Of a stretch of DNA of 54,572 nucleotides, positions 37,684 through 47,724 are shown one piece after another. Each line of letters starts with the position of its first letter. Position 1 is the first letter of the stretch. A program made the position numbers and the translations under genes. Under the pieces are notes generated by a model. That model had not been told where the DNA came from. It searched no databases and was given only the letters and a program-made list of their open reading frames with translations. The DNA comes from Alistipes sp. (lineage in GTDB: Bacteria; Bacteroidota; Bacteroidia; Bacteroidales; Rikenellaceae), in the NCBI GenBank assembly GCA_045634765.1, contig JAZRAW010000067.1, forward strand, positions 1 to 54,572, given 5' to 3'.

Positions 37684-38784
37684 ATGGTAATAGAAGATCT
37701 CGCTCTACTCTTTATACGCGGACTTGGTAGTCGCGGTATTGTCCACCTTATAGACCACTTCGGCTCTGCCGAGGCTATATTTAGTGCACCGCTAAACGCG
37801 CTTATAAACGATGCCAAGCTACGCAAGGATGTTGCTGAACGCATCGTGGCAGGAGAGGGCATGCAGGAGGCAAAAAGAGAGATAGAGTATTGCCGCAAGA
37901 ATCAGATATACCCCATAGCAGCTACAGATGAGGAGTATCCCGAGACTCTGCGCGAGACCTCCGACCGCCCACATGTGCTCTTCGTGAGGGGAAACATCGA
38001 GGCTCTGCATATGCACACACTATCTATGGTGGGCACGCGCGAGGCATCACCCTCGGGCATACATGCCGCAGATAAGATTATTGCAGGTCTTGCAGCACAA
38101 CTACCCGACATATGTATCGTAAGCGGTTTGGCATATGGCATCGACAGCGCCTGCCACCGCTCGGCATTGGCACACAATGTAACAACCGTTGCCGTAGTAG
38201 CAGACATACTCCCAAATGTAAGCCCCGCACCCAACCGCAACCTCGCTGATGAGATTATACGTCAGGGAGGCGCAATAGTCTCGGAACTACACAGCCAGTC
38301 GAAACAGAATGGTCAGCTATTTATAGCTCGCAACCGCATTATCGCAGCACTAAGCATGGGCACAATCATCGTTGAGTCTCCCGCATCGGGTGGCTCACTC
38401 GCCACTGCCGATATTGCAGATAGCTACGGTCGTACACTCATGGCACTACCTGGCCGCATTACAGACACCCAATCCTTCGGCTCGAACAACCTTATCCGTT
38501 GCGGCAAGGCTCGTATGGTACTCACCGCAAACGACGTTATGGAGGACTTGGGGTGGAGCACAATACAACCGATAGAGGCGGTAACAGAGACATCACCCCT
38601 TGCCAAATTAAACCCCACCGAACAACTTATATATAAGGCCTTCAACACCGCCACGACACTCGACTGGGCAACACTCATCGCCACAACGGGACTTACCATG
38701 GGCGAGCTCGCCATGGCACTTATGGACATGGAACTAAAGGGCATAGTGCGCTGTCTACCAGGCAAGCGCTATGAGCGTATATAA
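37684..38784 (+). CDS. dprA: DNA-processing protein DprA
   Basis: VGTR, VSGLAYGID, ARNRIIAAL, GGSLATA, C-terminal winged-helix-like tail. Start at ATG 37684. Confidence 0.93.
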   Translation: MVIEDLALLFIRGLGSRGIVHLIDHFGSAEAIFSAPLNALINDAKLRKDVAERIVAGEGMQEAKREIEYCRKNQIYPIAATDEEYPETLRETSDRPHVLFVRGNIEALHMHTLSMVGTREASPSGIHAADKIIAGLAAQLPDICIVSGLAYGIDSACHRSALAHNVTTVAVVADILPNVSPAPNRNLADEIIRQGGAIVSELHSQSKQNGQLFIARNRIIAALSMGTIIVESPASGGSLATADIADSYGRTLMALPGRITDTQSFGSNNLIRCGKARMVLTANDVMEDLGWSTIQPIEAVTETSPLAKLNPTEQLIYKAFNTATTLDWATLIATTGLTMGELAMALMDMELKGIVRCLPGKRYERI

Positions 38785-38808
38785 CACTAACCTTCAACCA
38801 CTTAGACT

Positions 38809-39588
38809 ATGATAGACACCCATTCGCACATATATGCCGAGGAGTTTGACTCTGACCGCAACGAGGCCTTGGAGCGTGCTAAAGCTGCGGGCGTGGAGAG
38901 GCTTATCCTCCCCGATATCGACTCCGAGAGCCGCCCTCGCATGCTCGACCTTGCAGCAGCCAACCCCGACTACTGCCACCCTATGGCGGGTCTACACCCC
39001 ACCTCGGTAAACGACAATCCACACTGGCGCGAGGAGCTCGATGCCGTGGAGCGACTACTGCGTGAGCCACCCATGGCTCTATGTGGCGTGGGCGAGATAG
39101 GCCTTGACCTATATTGGAGTCAGGAGTTCTACCGCCAGCAGCGCGAGGTGCTACATGCACAGATAGAGATGGCATTGCAATACGACAAACCCATCGTTAT
39201 ACACACTCGTTCGGCATACGATGAGATGGAGGATGCCCTATCTACATACCGCGGTCGCGGCCTTCGAGGTGTGCTACACGCCTATGCCGACTCGGCAGAG
39301 CGCGCCCTGAGGTTTGCTAAGATGGGCGAGATATACTTCGGCGTGGGTGGCGTTGTGACATTCAAGAATGCGGGACTCGGCAAGGAGGTAGCACAACTAC
39401 CCGTTGAGCTACTACTCCTCGAGACCGACTGTCCATATCTCACCCCCGTACCTCATCGTGGCAAGCGCAATGAGTCGGCCTACGTTGAGCATGTTTGCCG
39501 CAAGGTTGCCGAATTGCACAACACTTCGTTCGACCACGTCGATAAACTCACGACCGCTACGGCAAAAGAGCTTTTTAGCATAGTGTAG
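38809..39588 (+). CDS. tatD: TatD-family metal-dependent nuclease
   Basis: IDTHSH, GLHP, GEIGLD, IHTR, ETDCPYL. Confidence 0.93.
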   Translation: MIDTHSHIYAEEFDSDRNEALERAKAAGVERLILPDIDSESRPRMLDLAAANPDYCHPMAGLHPTSVNDNPHWREELDAVERLLREPPMALCGVGEIGLDLYWSQEFYRQQREVLHAQIEMALQYDKPIVIHTRSAYDEMEDALSTYRGRGLRGVLHAYADSAERALRFAKMGEIYFGVGGVVTFKNAGLGKEVAQLPVELLLLETDCPYLTPVPHRGKRNESAYVEHVCRKVAELHNTSFDHVDKLTTATAKELFSIV

Positions 39589-39600
39589 CGCACATATTAC

Positions 39601-39728
39601 ACATTGATTATCAGTGTTTTATACGATTATTTACATTGTAATAATTATATCACATCTGTAACTACTTGATTATCAACACTATGAAAAAATCGATTTTTAT
39701 CGATTTTCAACCACTTGATATTCAACAC
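39601..39728. promoter_or_regulatory. Three TTGATTATCAA-like palindromes and an ATCGAT palindrome upstream of a lipoprotein promoter
   Basis: Copies at 39604-39614, 39666-39676 and 39715-39725; promoter TTTG-N20-TAATTTTG at 39768-39799. Confidence 0.55.
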
Positions 39729-39834
39729 ATTGACTACTCCATCGCGGAAAAATTAGGGCGCTAAAAATTTGGAGAGCAGAGCATATATGCCTAATTTTGC
39801 ACTGAGAAAACAACCGAACTAAAACCTACGAACT

Positions 39835-40593
39835 ATGAAAAAGCTACTCTTTATTATCGCGATTGCAGTGGGGGTTGTATCATGCTTTAGTCCCTATGGC
39901 GAATTATCAAGCATCGCAAATGTGCCTGGCGTAGAGGCGGGCAAGGGCAACAACTACAACGGAGCAACCAAATACAAGGGCGCCCTACTCCCCCACCCAG
40001 ACTATGGCGGCAGATTGGATATGATCTACCTTCTTGAGCTTGTCGGCAAGCAAAAGGAAGACATCGACGACGAGGTCTTTGTGACACAACTCACCGAGAA
40101 GGTCTTTGAGTGTACCGACAGGTTTATCTACATTCACGACCCCGAGGAGAGCGACGACTACTGGTCATACGCCGGAGAGTGGGTAGGAGGACAAATGTAT
40201 TACAGCCTCTCACTTATTGAAGATGGCACATTTGTCATACGCTACTATCCTGGATGTGCTTTCCCTGACTGTGGACTCGAAGAGTTGGGATACAAGGGCT
40301 GGCATAGTACTGGCGTATGGGAGTACGATAAAGAGACAAATACTCTCTATACCAGCGAGGATAAGAGCTACGCAGCTAAGGTTCTCTACTTCGATGGCGA
40401 GTTCGCAGTATTGGAGGGCCACGTATGCCCCATGTGGATGTACAATTCTGATAGCCACAACTACCGTCGTAGCTCACCTATGGAGCTCTATGGCTTCAAA
40501 TTCAGTGATGGCAAGGCGGAGTACCTCGATGGCTTTAAGCTCACATACAAGGAGTATATAGCCCTCGAGGAGCAGCTCAACGCAGAGCAATAG
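39835..40593 (+). CDS. Hypothetical lipoprotein (possibly lipocalin-like beta fold)
   Basis: Lipobox MKKLLFIIAIAVGVVSC, G-x-W-x-Y motif (GVWEYD), own promoter and terminator. Confidence 0.75.
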   Translation: MKKLLFIIAIAVGVVSCFSPYGELSSIANVPGVEAGKGNNYNGATKYKGALLPHPDYGGRLDMIYLLELVGKQKEDIDDEVFVTQLTEKVFECTDRFIYIHDPEESDDYWSYAGEWVGGQMYYSLSLIEDGTFVIRYYPGCAFPDCGLEELGYKGWHSTGVWEYDKETNTLYTSEDKSYAAKVLYFDGEFAVLEGHVCPMWMYNSDSHNYRRSSPMELYGFKFSDGKAEYLDGFKLTYKEYIALEEQLNAEQ

Positions 40594-40609
40594 TTGTATA
40601 ATAATACAG

Positions 40610-40648
40610 GAGATGAGGTCGCCCACGGGTGGCCTCATTCTCTATTTT
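40610..40648 (+). terminator. Intrinsic terminator after the lipoprotein gene
   Basis: atgaggtcgcc/ggtggcctcat stem followed by a T-rich tail. Confidence 0.7.
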
Positions 40649-40819
40649 AGGGGTGTAACAGCGCGCTTTTTTGAGTATCAAATAGAGGGGCACGACGAAG
40701 AGTGACAAAATTTATTTTTGCATAAAAGCGAAAAAAAATGACAAAAAGCGCTTGAGTATGACAAATTTTGCCTACCTTTGTAAAGATATGTTGCGCATAA
40801 AAGCGCTTAACCTTCAGCT

Positions 40820-41857
40820 ATGAAGAGATCATCTATATTGATAATATATACCGGTGGCACAATCGGTATGAAGACAGACGAGGCGACTGGCGCACTCGTT
40901 CCATTCGATTTTAGCGGAATTTATGAGGAGTTCCCCTCGCTCAAACGACTCAAGGTTGACCTCGAGGTTTTGACCATAAAACCTCCCATCGACTCATCGA
41001 ATGTATCGGTGGAGAACTGGGTAGACATGGCTCGACTCATCCGTGACAACTACTCTAAATATGACGGTTTTGTGGTGCTACATGGCACAGACACAATGTC
41101 TTACTCTGCGGCAGCACTCAGCTTCATGCTCGAGAACCTCGCCAAGCCCGTCATCTTCACAGGTAGCCAGATTCCTATCGGCATACTCCGTACCGATGGT
41201 CGCGAGAACCTCATCACAGCAATCGAGATTGCGGGTGCGCGAAACGAGAATGGACACCCCATCGTACCAGAGGTAGCACTCTACTTCCAGAATAAGTTGA
41301 TGCGCGGTAACCGCACCACAAAGCATAGTGCCGAGGCGCTCAACGCCTTTGCGTCGTTCAACTACCACGCCCTTGCCGACGTGGGAGTAAGCATCCAGTA
41401 TAACACCCAGTACATCGCCCCCTATGCTCCCGACTTCTCGGATGAGTTCCGCATCAGTGAGTCACTCTCGAACGATGTCATCGTCGTGAAGCTCTTCCCA
41501 GGCATACGCCCTGAGACACTTCGCGCCATGCTCCTCGATAGTGGTGTGCGCGGCGTTGTACTCGAGACATATGGCGCAGGTAACGCTCCAACATCCGATT
41601 GGTTTGTAGAGCTCGTTAAGGAGGCTATCGCCAAGGGTGTTATCGTGGTGAATATTTCGCAGTGCAAAGATGGCGCCGTTCAGATGCACTTATACGAGAC
41701 GGGATTAGCTCTACAAGAGGCCGGAGTGGTGTCGGGACACGACATGACTATCGAGGCTGCGGTGACAAAATTGATGTACGTTTTAGGCAAAAATTTGCCA
41801 CTTTCGGAAGCACTAAATTTGATGCGTCGTCCACTACGAGGTGAATTTACTTTGTAA
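40820..41857 (+). CDS. ansA: L-asparaginase type I
   Basis: YTGGTIGM, IDSS, HGTDTM, TGSQIP, ETYGAGNAP. TACCTTTG promoter at 40773-40780. Confidence 0.94.
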   Translation: MKRSSILIIYTGGTIGMKTDEATGALVPFDFSGIYEEFPSLKRLKVDLEVLTIKPPIDSSNVSVENWVDMARLIRDNYSKYDGFVVLHGTDTMSYSAAALSFMLENLAKPVIFTGSQIPIGILRTDGRENLITAIEIAGARNENGHPIVPEVALYFQNKLMRGNRTTKHSAEALNAFASFNYHALADVGVSIQYNTQYIAPYAPDFSDEFRISESLSNDVIVVKLFPGIRPETLRAMLLDSGVRGVVLETYGAGNAPTSDWFVELVKEAIAKGVIVVNISQCKDGAVQMHLYETGLALQEAGVVSGHDMTIEAAVTKLMYVLGKNLPLSEALNLMRRPLRGEFTL

Positions 41858-42115
41858 CGGGGTTGGAATTTCGGAAAATTATCCGTATATTTCGCACTGA
41901 TAAATACCCGAAAAGATGGAGGAATCAAGGAGATTTCATCCACTTTGCGGGTGCAACGTACTGATTGACACACTATTCTACACCAACAACGTGGTCATAA
42001 TCTTGCGGAAATAGTGGGATATGCACCGGTGTAGACAGCATGGAAAATAAGTTTACGAACAAAAAAATAGAGAAAACAACTACTAAAAATTACAAATTTT
42101 AACTATCAAAACACT

Positions 42116-42910
42116 ATGAAAAAATTATTTTTGGTTTTGGCAGCAGCTACTCTCTCATTCGGCGCTGCTTTCGCACAGGAGTCTATCGACGAGACTGCAC
42201 AGCAGGCTACCGTTGAGCAGGTTGTAGATTCACAAGCAGCTGATGAGGCTGACGCAGAGGAGGTAGAGTTGCAGGGCACCCCTATGCACTTCGCTCTTTT
42301 GAAGAAGTTCCTCGAGGGTGGTTGGGGCTGGATGCTCTTGCCTTTGATCTGTTTGATTCTCGGTATGGCTGTCGCAGTAGAGCGTATCCTCTTCCTTGCG
42401 TTGTCAAAGATCAACACTAAGAAGTTCATCGCTCGTGTTGAGGAGATTCTTAACACTGAGGGTGTTGAGGCTGCTAAGGATTACTGCCGCAACAAGCGTG
42501 GTCCTATAGCTTCTATCTACTATCAGGGTCTTATGCGCTACGATCAGGGTCTCGATTCTGTTGAGAAGGCTGTTGTATCTTATGGCTCAGTTCAGCAGGG
42601 TAACATGGAGAGCGGTCTTTCATGGATTTCATTGTTCATCGCGCTTGCTCCATCACTCGGCTTCATGGGTACCGTTGTTGGTATGATCCAGGCTTTCGAT
42701 GATATCCAGGCTCAGGCTACTATCTCTCCCGCAGTCGTTGCAGGTGGTATCAAGGTGGCTCTTTTGACTACTATGCTCGGTCTTATCGCAGCGGTTATTC
42801 TCCAGATCTTCTTCAACTACATCCTTGCTCAGATCGAGGCTCAGGTTGTTAAGATGGAGGATAGCTCAATCCAGTTGATTGATATGCTCTCAGCATACAA
42901 CAAGCGATAA
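42116..42910 (+). CDS. exbB: MotA/TolQ/ExbB proton channel protein
   Basis: APSLGFMGTVVGMIQAF and GIKVALLTT TM motifs. Confidence 0.9.
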   Translation: MKKLFLVLAAATLSFGAAFAQESIDETAQQATVEQVVDSQAADEADAEEVELQGTPMHFALLKKFLEGGWGWMLLPLICLILGMAVAVERILFLALSKINTKKFIARVEEILNTEGVEAAKDYCRNKRGPIASIYYQGLMRYDQGLDSVEKAVVSYGSVQQGNMESGLSWISLFIALAPSLGFMGTVVGMIQAFDDIQAQATISPAVVAGGIKVALLTTMLGLIAAVILQIFFNYILAQIEAQVVKMEDSSIQLIDMLSAYNKR

Positions 42911-42944
42911 TTAAGACCAACTTATTTTTAAGAAGCATTTTATT

Positions 42945-43874
42945 ATGAAAATTGTTAGATTAATAATCACCGTTCTTCTTGTTCTCGGTTCTGCACTGAC
43001 AATCGGATTGACTGTGATGCGCGGTATGGAGGCCCCCGAGGACTCTAAGATTATAGGCGTCACAACTGATATTCAGAGCGTAGAGACAACTGGAGATGGT
43101 ATTCAGATGTTGGGCGACCTCATCGCTAATCAGATTGGTGAGGATATGCTCGATAAGGATGGTATCGAGTTAGAGGAGGCAAAGCTCAAGGAGACTCAGG
43201 ATGTTCACATCCCAGCATATGAGGCTAAGGTAGCCGCTAAGGAGGATGCTTACAACGCAGCGCAGACTGAGATCGCTGAGCTTGGCGAGCTTAAGAGCCT
43301 TAACAACAAGCAGAAGCAGCAGCTTAAGAACGCTGAGGCTGTCGTAGCTGACTACAAGGCAACTGTTGACACTCTTAATATCTATAAGAACAACATAGGT
43401 ATCATGGAGGACAACATCGCAGCTTCAAAGAAGGCTGTTGAGAATGCTAAGGTTGACGGCGAGAACGCTATTGCATTGGCAAACTCTATCAGCGTAACTA
43501 TGATGTGGTGCTATGCATTGGTTGGTCTTATCATTTTGATTGCAATTATCAGCCTCTTTGCAGACCTCTTCATCAGCTTCGCACAGAACTGGAAGAAGAC
43601 ACTCTTGAAGCTTGTATTGTTCGTTGTAATCATTGGTGGTGTAGGTGCTATCGCTGGTTTCGTAGCTTCTGGTCACGGATGGTTCGATGGCCACTATTTG
43701 TTGGATGCTGCAGGTTATCCTCTCGGTCTTGGTACTGATCCCGCAACTCGTGAGGTATTCGGCGCTACAGACTACATGATTTCGGATGTCAGCCTCATCA
43801 TTTGCTACATCGTAGCGGGTGCAGCAATTGCATCAGCAGTATTCTCAGTAATTATCGGATTCTTTAAAAAGTAG
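42945..43874 (+). CDS. Membrane protein of the exbB-X-exbD-exbD locus with a long periplasmic coiled coil
   Basis: N-terminal TM segment, ~150-aa A/E/K-rich helical region, three C-terminal TM segments. Confidence 0.75.
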   Translation: MKIVRLIITVLLVLGSALTIGLTVMRGMEAPEDSKIIGVTTDIQSVETTGDGIQMLGDLIANQIGEDMLDKDGIELEEAKLKETQDVHIPAYEAKVAAKEDAYNAAQTEIAELGELKSLNNKQKQQLKNAEAVVADYKATVDTLNIYKNNIGIMEDNIAASKKAVENAKVDGENAIALANSISVTMMWCYALVGLIILIAIISLFADLFISFAQNWKKTLLKLVLFVVIIGGVGAIAGFVASGHGWFDGHYLLDAAGYPLGLGTDPATREVFGATDYMISDVSLIICYIVAGAAIASAVFSVIIGFFKK

Positions 43875-43877
43875 TGT

Positions 43878-44489
43878 ATGGCTAGAGCGAAGAAAAAGGC
43901 TGGAGAGATTAACTCTAGCTCAATGGCGGATATTTCATTCTTGCTGTTGATATTCTTCTTGGTGACCACTACGATGGATGTCGACACAGGTATGAAGCGT
44001 ACGCTTCCACCTTGGATTGACCCGACAGAGCAGCAGAACGATGTAGATGTTAATGAGCGAAACGTACTTAAAGTGAATGTATCGAAAGAGGGTAACATCA
44101 TGGTTGGTACAGAGATCTTGACCGCTAAAAACTTGAAGCGTAACACAAGATTCAACGGTGTTAACCACTCTCTACTTTCATTGCAGGTATATCAGTTCCT
44201 TAGCAATCCTGATGCATCGAGCAAGAAGGAGACAGAGATCGATGGCAAGAAGATAAAGGTCAGCGAGGGTCTTGTCTCTCTCAAGGCAGATAACGAGTCA
44301 AAGTATAAGATTTATCTTCAGGTACAGGACGAGCTTACCTTCGCCTTCAACTTGTATCGTGATGAGATTGCACGAGAGGTATATGGCGTTAGCTATGATG
44401 AGCTCGATGATATCCAGGCTGCGAACATCCGTAAGGCTGTTCCAATGAAGATTTCTGAGGCAGAACCTAACGATCAAACAAAGAAGTAA
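43878..44489 (+). CDS. exbD: Biopolymer transporter ExbD/TolR
   Basis: EINSSSMADISFLLLIFFLVTT and ISEAEP. Confidence 0.92.
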   Translation: MARAKKKAGEINSSSMADISFLLLIFFLVTTTMDVDTGMKRTLPPWIDPTEQQNDVDVNERNVLKVNVSKEGNIMVGTEILTAKNLKRNTRFNGVNHSLLSLQVYQFLSNPDASSKKETEIDGKKIKVSEGLVSLKADNESKYKIYLQVQDELTFAFNLYRDEIAREVYGVSYDELDDIQAANIRKAVPMKISEAEPNDQTKK

Positions 44490-44491
44490 CT

Positions 44492-44944
44492 ATGGCAGTA
44501 ATGGCAAAAAAGGGCAAGCGTGAAGTGCCCGCTATGTCGACCTCTTCACTTCCCGATATCGTGTTCATGTTGCTCTTCTTCTTTATGGCAGCAACTACAA
44601 TGCGTGAGGTTGATCCGTTGGTAAAGGTACAGATGCCCCAGGCTAATGAGATCACTGAGCTCGACAAGAAGAATCTTGTAAACATCTGGATGGGTAAGCC
44701 ATTGACAGCTAAGGCTGGCGAGGATGCTTTGAAGATTCAGCTTAATGATAAGACCCAGGAGGTTGAGGATATTCGCAACTTCATCAGCGCAACAACTGCA
44801 ACTAAGGGTGTAGGCCCTAAGGAGATTGTGGTAAACTTGCGAGTTGATAGAGATGCAACAGTAGGTAAGCTTACTGCTGTTAAGCAGGAGCTTCGTAAGG
44901 CTGATGCGTTGAGTATCTCATATGCAGCAATGCAGGCGGAGTAA
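44492..44944 (+). CDS. exbD: Biopolymer transporter ExbD/TolR (second paralog)
   Basis: STSSLPDIVFMLLFFFM and KQELRKA. Confidence 0.9.
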   Translation: MAVMAKKGKREVPAMSTSSLPDIVFMLLFFFMAATTMREVDPLVKVQMPQANEITELDKKNLVNIWMGKPLTAKAGEDALKIQLNDKTQEVEDIRNFISATTATKGVGPKEIVVNLRVDRDATVGKLTAVKQELRKADALSISYAAMQAE

Positions 44945-44962
44945 TCCGAACCTAAAATAGTT

Positions 44963-45004
44963 AAAAGCGTGGTGACTAATATAGATTGGTCACCACGCTT
45001 TTTT
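44963..45004 (+). terminator. Intrinsic (possibly bidirectional) terminator of the exb operon
   Basis: aaaagcgtggtgactaat/attggtcaccacgctttt followed by a T run. Confidence 0.88.
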
Positions 45005-45154
45005 ATTACAGTACATCACCACATATTAGGCACGCAAATATCTTCGTCAACATCTTTTGCAATCAGAAAACTGATACTATATAATAGCTTAATATCAGTG
45101 ATTAATAGGCACATGGTATATAATTAAGAAAAATATTATACCTTTGTAGAAGAG

Positions 45155-47623
45155 ATGAGGAGACTAGGACTATATCTAACCCTGATGATAACTGCCCTGC
45201 TTGCGCCATGGCAGCAGAGCATCGCGCAGATGTACGAGGATGGCGATGAGTACGAGGAGTTAGACTATAGAGATTTTAAATTTTACAAAGAGGAGCCAGA
45301 GCAGGATATATCGCTGTGGGGAGGTCTAAACGATACTCTCACCCTCGAGAGTAAGCGCCGAAGTTTCGTACCAAACCACTACTACGCACTAACCTATGCT
45401 TCGAACACCTATCGAGGTCAGCAACTATCCAAGAGTACCAATCTCTTCGCATACACCGAAATAGACTATACAACACTTCGCACACTAAAGGGGTTGGGAT
45501 ACGCCACAAACGAGCAGAAAGGCATTACCCAAGCCAATCTATCTGCCTCTATAGGGCGCACGACAACTATCCTCACCGACGCCGACCAATACGACAGGCA
45601 GTATATCAGCATAAACCTCACTGGTAAGGACTACCTTATAGGCATCAGCCACAATGGAGCATACTCCGTTAACCAATATGGCGTTCCACTAAAGGAGGGG
45701 TGGACAATTACGGAGTATGAGCGAGTGAGAACGGGGCGCGACCTATATGTGGAGGGCGTATACAACAACTCTGTGGACATCGCCTTAGGTGCAACATACA
45801 ACGGTCGAAATGAGAAGTTTGACATTATTGTCGCACTCCCATGGTCGGAGAGAGGATTGCGCCAAGCATCAACAGACGAGGCATTTACACTAACAAATAA
45901 TAGACTATACAATCCGACATGGGGTATGCAGAACGGCAAAGTGCGTAACTCTCGTGTCGCCACATCGCTACGCCCCGAAATAATAGCATTATGGCAACGC
46001 AAGCTCTCCGCAGCAACAAGCCTAACACTCGTTGCAAACACCTTCTTTGAGCACATGGGCACCTCGTCCCTAACAGCATTTAACGCACCATCAACCACTC
46101 CAGACAACTACAAATATATGCCATCATACTTCTCTGATATCGAGCAGTCAGAGGTAGCAAAGGCATGGACTACAAACGACCTGCGTTACACACAAATCGA
46201 CTGGGATAGACTCTACCACACGAACTACATTCAGCAGGATGGTTCAGCTCGCTATGCCGTGACTATTCGTCACAGAAACCTCACACACATAGCCATTAAC
46301 GCGGGACTAAAGAGTCAATTGGGCACCATAACGCTTAACTATGGAGCGGAACTTCAAGGCAATAGCGAACGTAGGTTTAGGGTTATGGATGACCTTATGG
46401 GAGCGGCGTACATACGCGACATTGACTACCACATAATGAAAAATGATAGATACTCTCACCTCAACGATAATAACCTTCGCGACCCTAACGATATAGTGCA
46501 CGAGGGTGACCGCTATGGTTACGACTATCGCCTTGGCAGCGTAGGCGTAAAACTCTATGCCACGGCCGAGTGGAGCATATCTAATTTCGATTTTTGGATG
46601 GGCATACAGATGACACCTGAACTATACTGGCGACGTGGTTACTTCGAGAAGGAGTTATTTGCTGGTAACGCATCGTATGGTCGCTCCGAGAAGATTGCAC
46701 TAACCCCTGCGATGCTTAACGCGTCGTGTCGCTATAACATTGATAATCATAATCTGAGCGCGGCATTCATGGTGAGAACTATTAGCCCTAATCGCGACGA
46801 TATGTTCCTGCAGCCCGACTATAACAACCGTCTTATTGCGCGCCCCGAACTTGCAACGACAATCTCGGCGGAACTAACCTACTCATATTTCACAAGAGGC
46901 CTACGTCTTAATGCCTCGTTATACCTCAACTCCATCTCTCGAGAGACAGATGTCATTCGCTACTACGATGATCTTTCGAGTGAGAATTGCGACGCAGTGG
47001 TGAGTGGAATAGGCCACATACACTACGGCATAGAGGCCACAGCCGAGGCAACATGGTCGAGGCTCTTCAGCTCATCATTTGCAGTTAACATAGCACAATA
47101 TCGCTATCACCGCAACCCCACTGTCACAACCTATACGGATGACGACAACACATTGATAGCCACCTCCGTTGCAAATATGCGCGGACACCATGTCGGAGCA
47201 CCAGAGATAGCCCTCTACGGCGATATATGTTTTAGGCACAACGGCTGGGTGGCACGCGCATCGGTGAACTATTGGGCACTTGGATATGTATCGCCATCTA
47301 TGGTACGTCGCACCGAGCGCATAATCTCCTTTGCTGCCTCCACCGAGGAGAGGGAGGCGCTACAGCATCAGCATCAACTACCCAATGCTGCGACCTTAGA
47401 CCTCGCGCTATCGAAGCGTTTTAATATAAACGAAGATACATCGCTAAGCATACAGCTGTCGGCACGCAACATCTTGGGTACAAACATCGTATATAGCAGC
47501 TACGAGGAGAATCGCATATCGATGCGCACTGTTGGTAACCACACCATTACCGCACCCTATGCCAATCGCCTAACATACGCCTATCCTCGCCTCTTCTCGC
47601 TATCTGTATCTCTACGCTTTTAG
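45155..47623 (+). CDS. Outer-membrane beta-barrel protein, TonB-dependent receptor-like
   Basis: Signal peptide, amphipathic strands, LSARNILG, C-terminal ...FSLSVSLRF, motif YNPTWGMQNGKVRNSRV. TACCTTTG ends 8 nt before the ATG. Confidence 0.7.
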   Translation: MRRLGLYLTLMITALLAPWQQSIAQMYEDGDEYEELDYRDFKFYKEEPEQDISLWGGLNDTLTLESKRRSFVPNHYYALTYASNTYRGQQLSKSTNLFAYTEIDYTTLRTLKGLGYATNEQKGITQANLSASIGRTTTILTDADQYDRQYISINLTGKDYLIGISHNGAYSVNQYGVPLKEGWTITEYERVRTGRDLYVEGVYNNSVDIALGATYNGRNEKFDIIVALPWSERGLRQASTDEAFTLTNNRLYNPTWGMQNGKVRNSRVATSLRPEIIALWQRKLSAATSLTLVANTFFEHMGTSSLTAFNAPSTTPDNYKYMPSYFSDIEQSEVAKAWTTNDLRYTQIDWDRLYHTNYIQQDGSARYAVTIRHRNLTHIAINAGLKSQLGTITLNYGAELQGNSERRFRVMDDLMGAAYIRDIDYHIMKNDRYSHLNDNNLRDPNDIVHEGDRYGYDYRLGSVGVKLYATAEWSISNFDFWMGIQMTPELYWRRGYFEKELFAGNASYGRSEKIALTPAMLNASCRYNIDNHNLSAAFMVRTISPNRDDMFLQPDYNNRLIARPELATTISAELTYSYFTRGLRLNASLYLNSISRETDVIRYYDDLSSENCDAVVSGIGHIHYGIEATAEATWSRLFSSSFAVNIAQYRYHRNPTVTTYTDDDNTLIATSVANMRGHHVGAPEIALYGDICFRHNGWVARASVNYWALGYVSPSMVRRTERIISFAASTEEREALQHQHQLPNAATLDLALSKRFNINEDTSLSIQLSARNILGTNIVYSSYEENRISMRTVGNHTITAPYANRLTYAYPRLFSLSVSLRF

Positions 47624-47724
47624 CAGAATCTATCTCTCTTTGGTAAACTTTTCGCTTATTGCTTTTATGTTTACCTAATTTTTTGTATCTTTACCCCGAT
47701 TTGTATATATATTATAACAGCAAA

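Noticed and set aside
41858-42115. tRNA gene between ansA and exbB
   Set aside because: No GTTCRA T-loop or acceptor stem was found; recorded instead as a structured leader.
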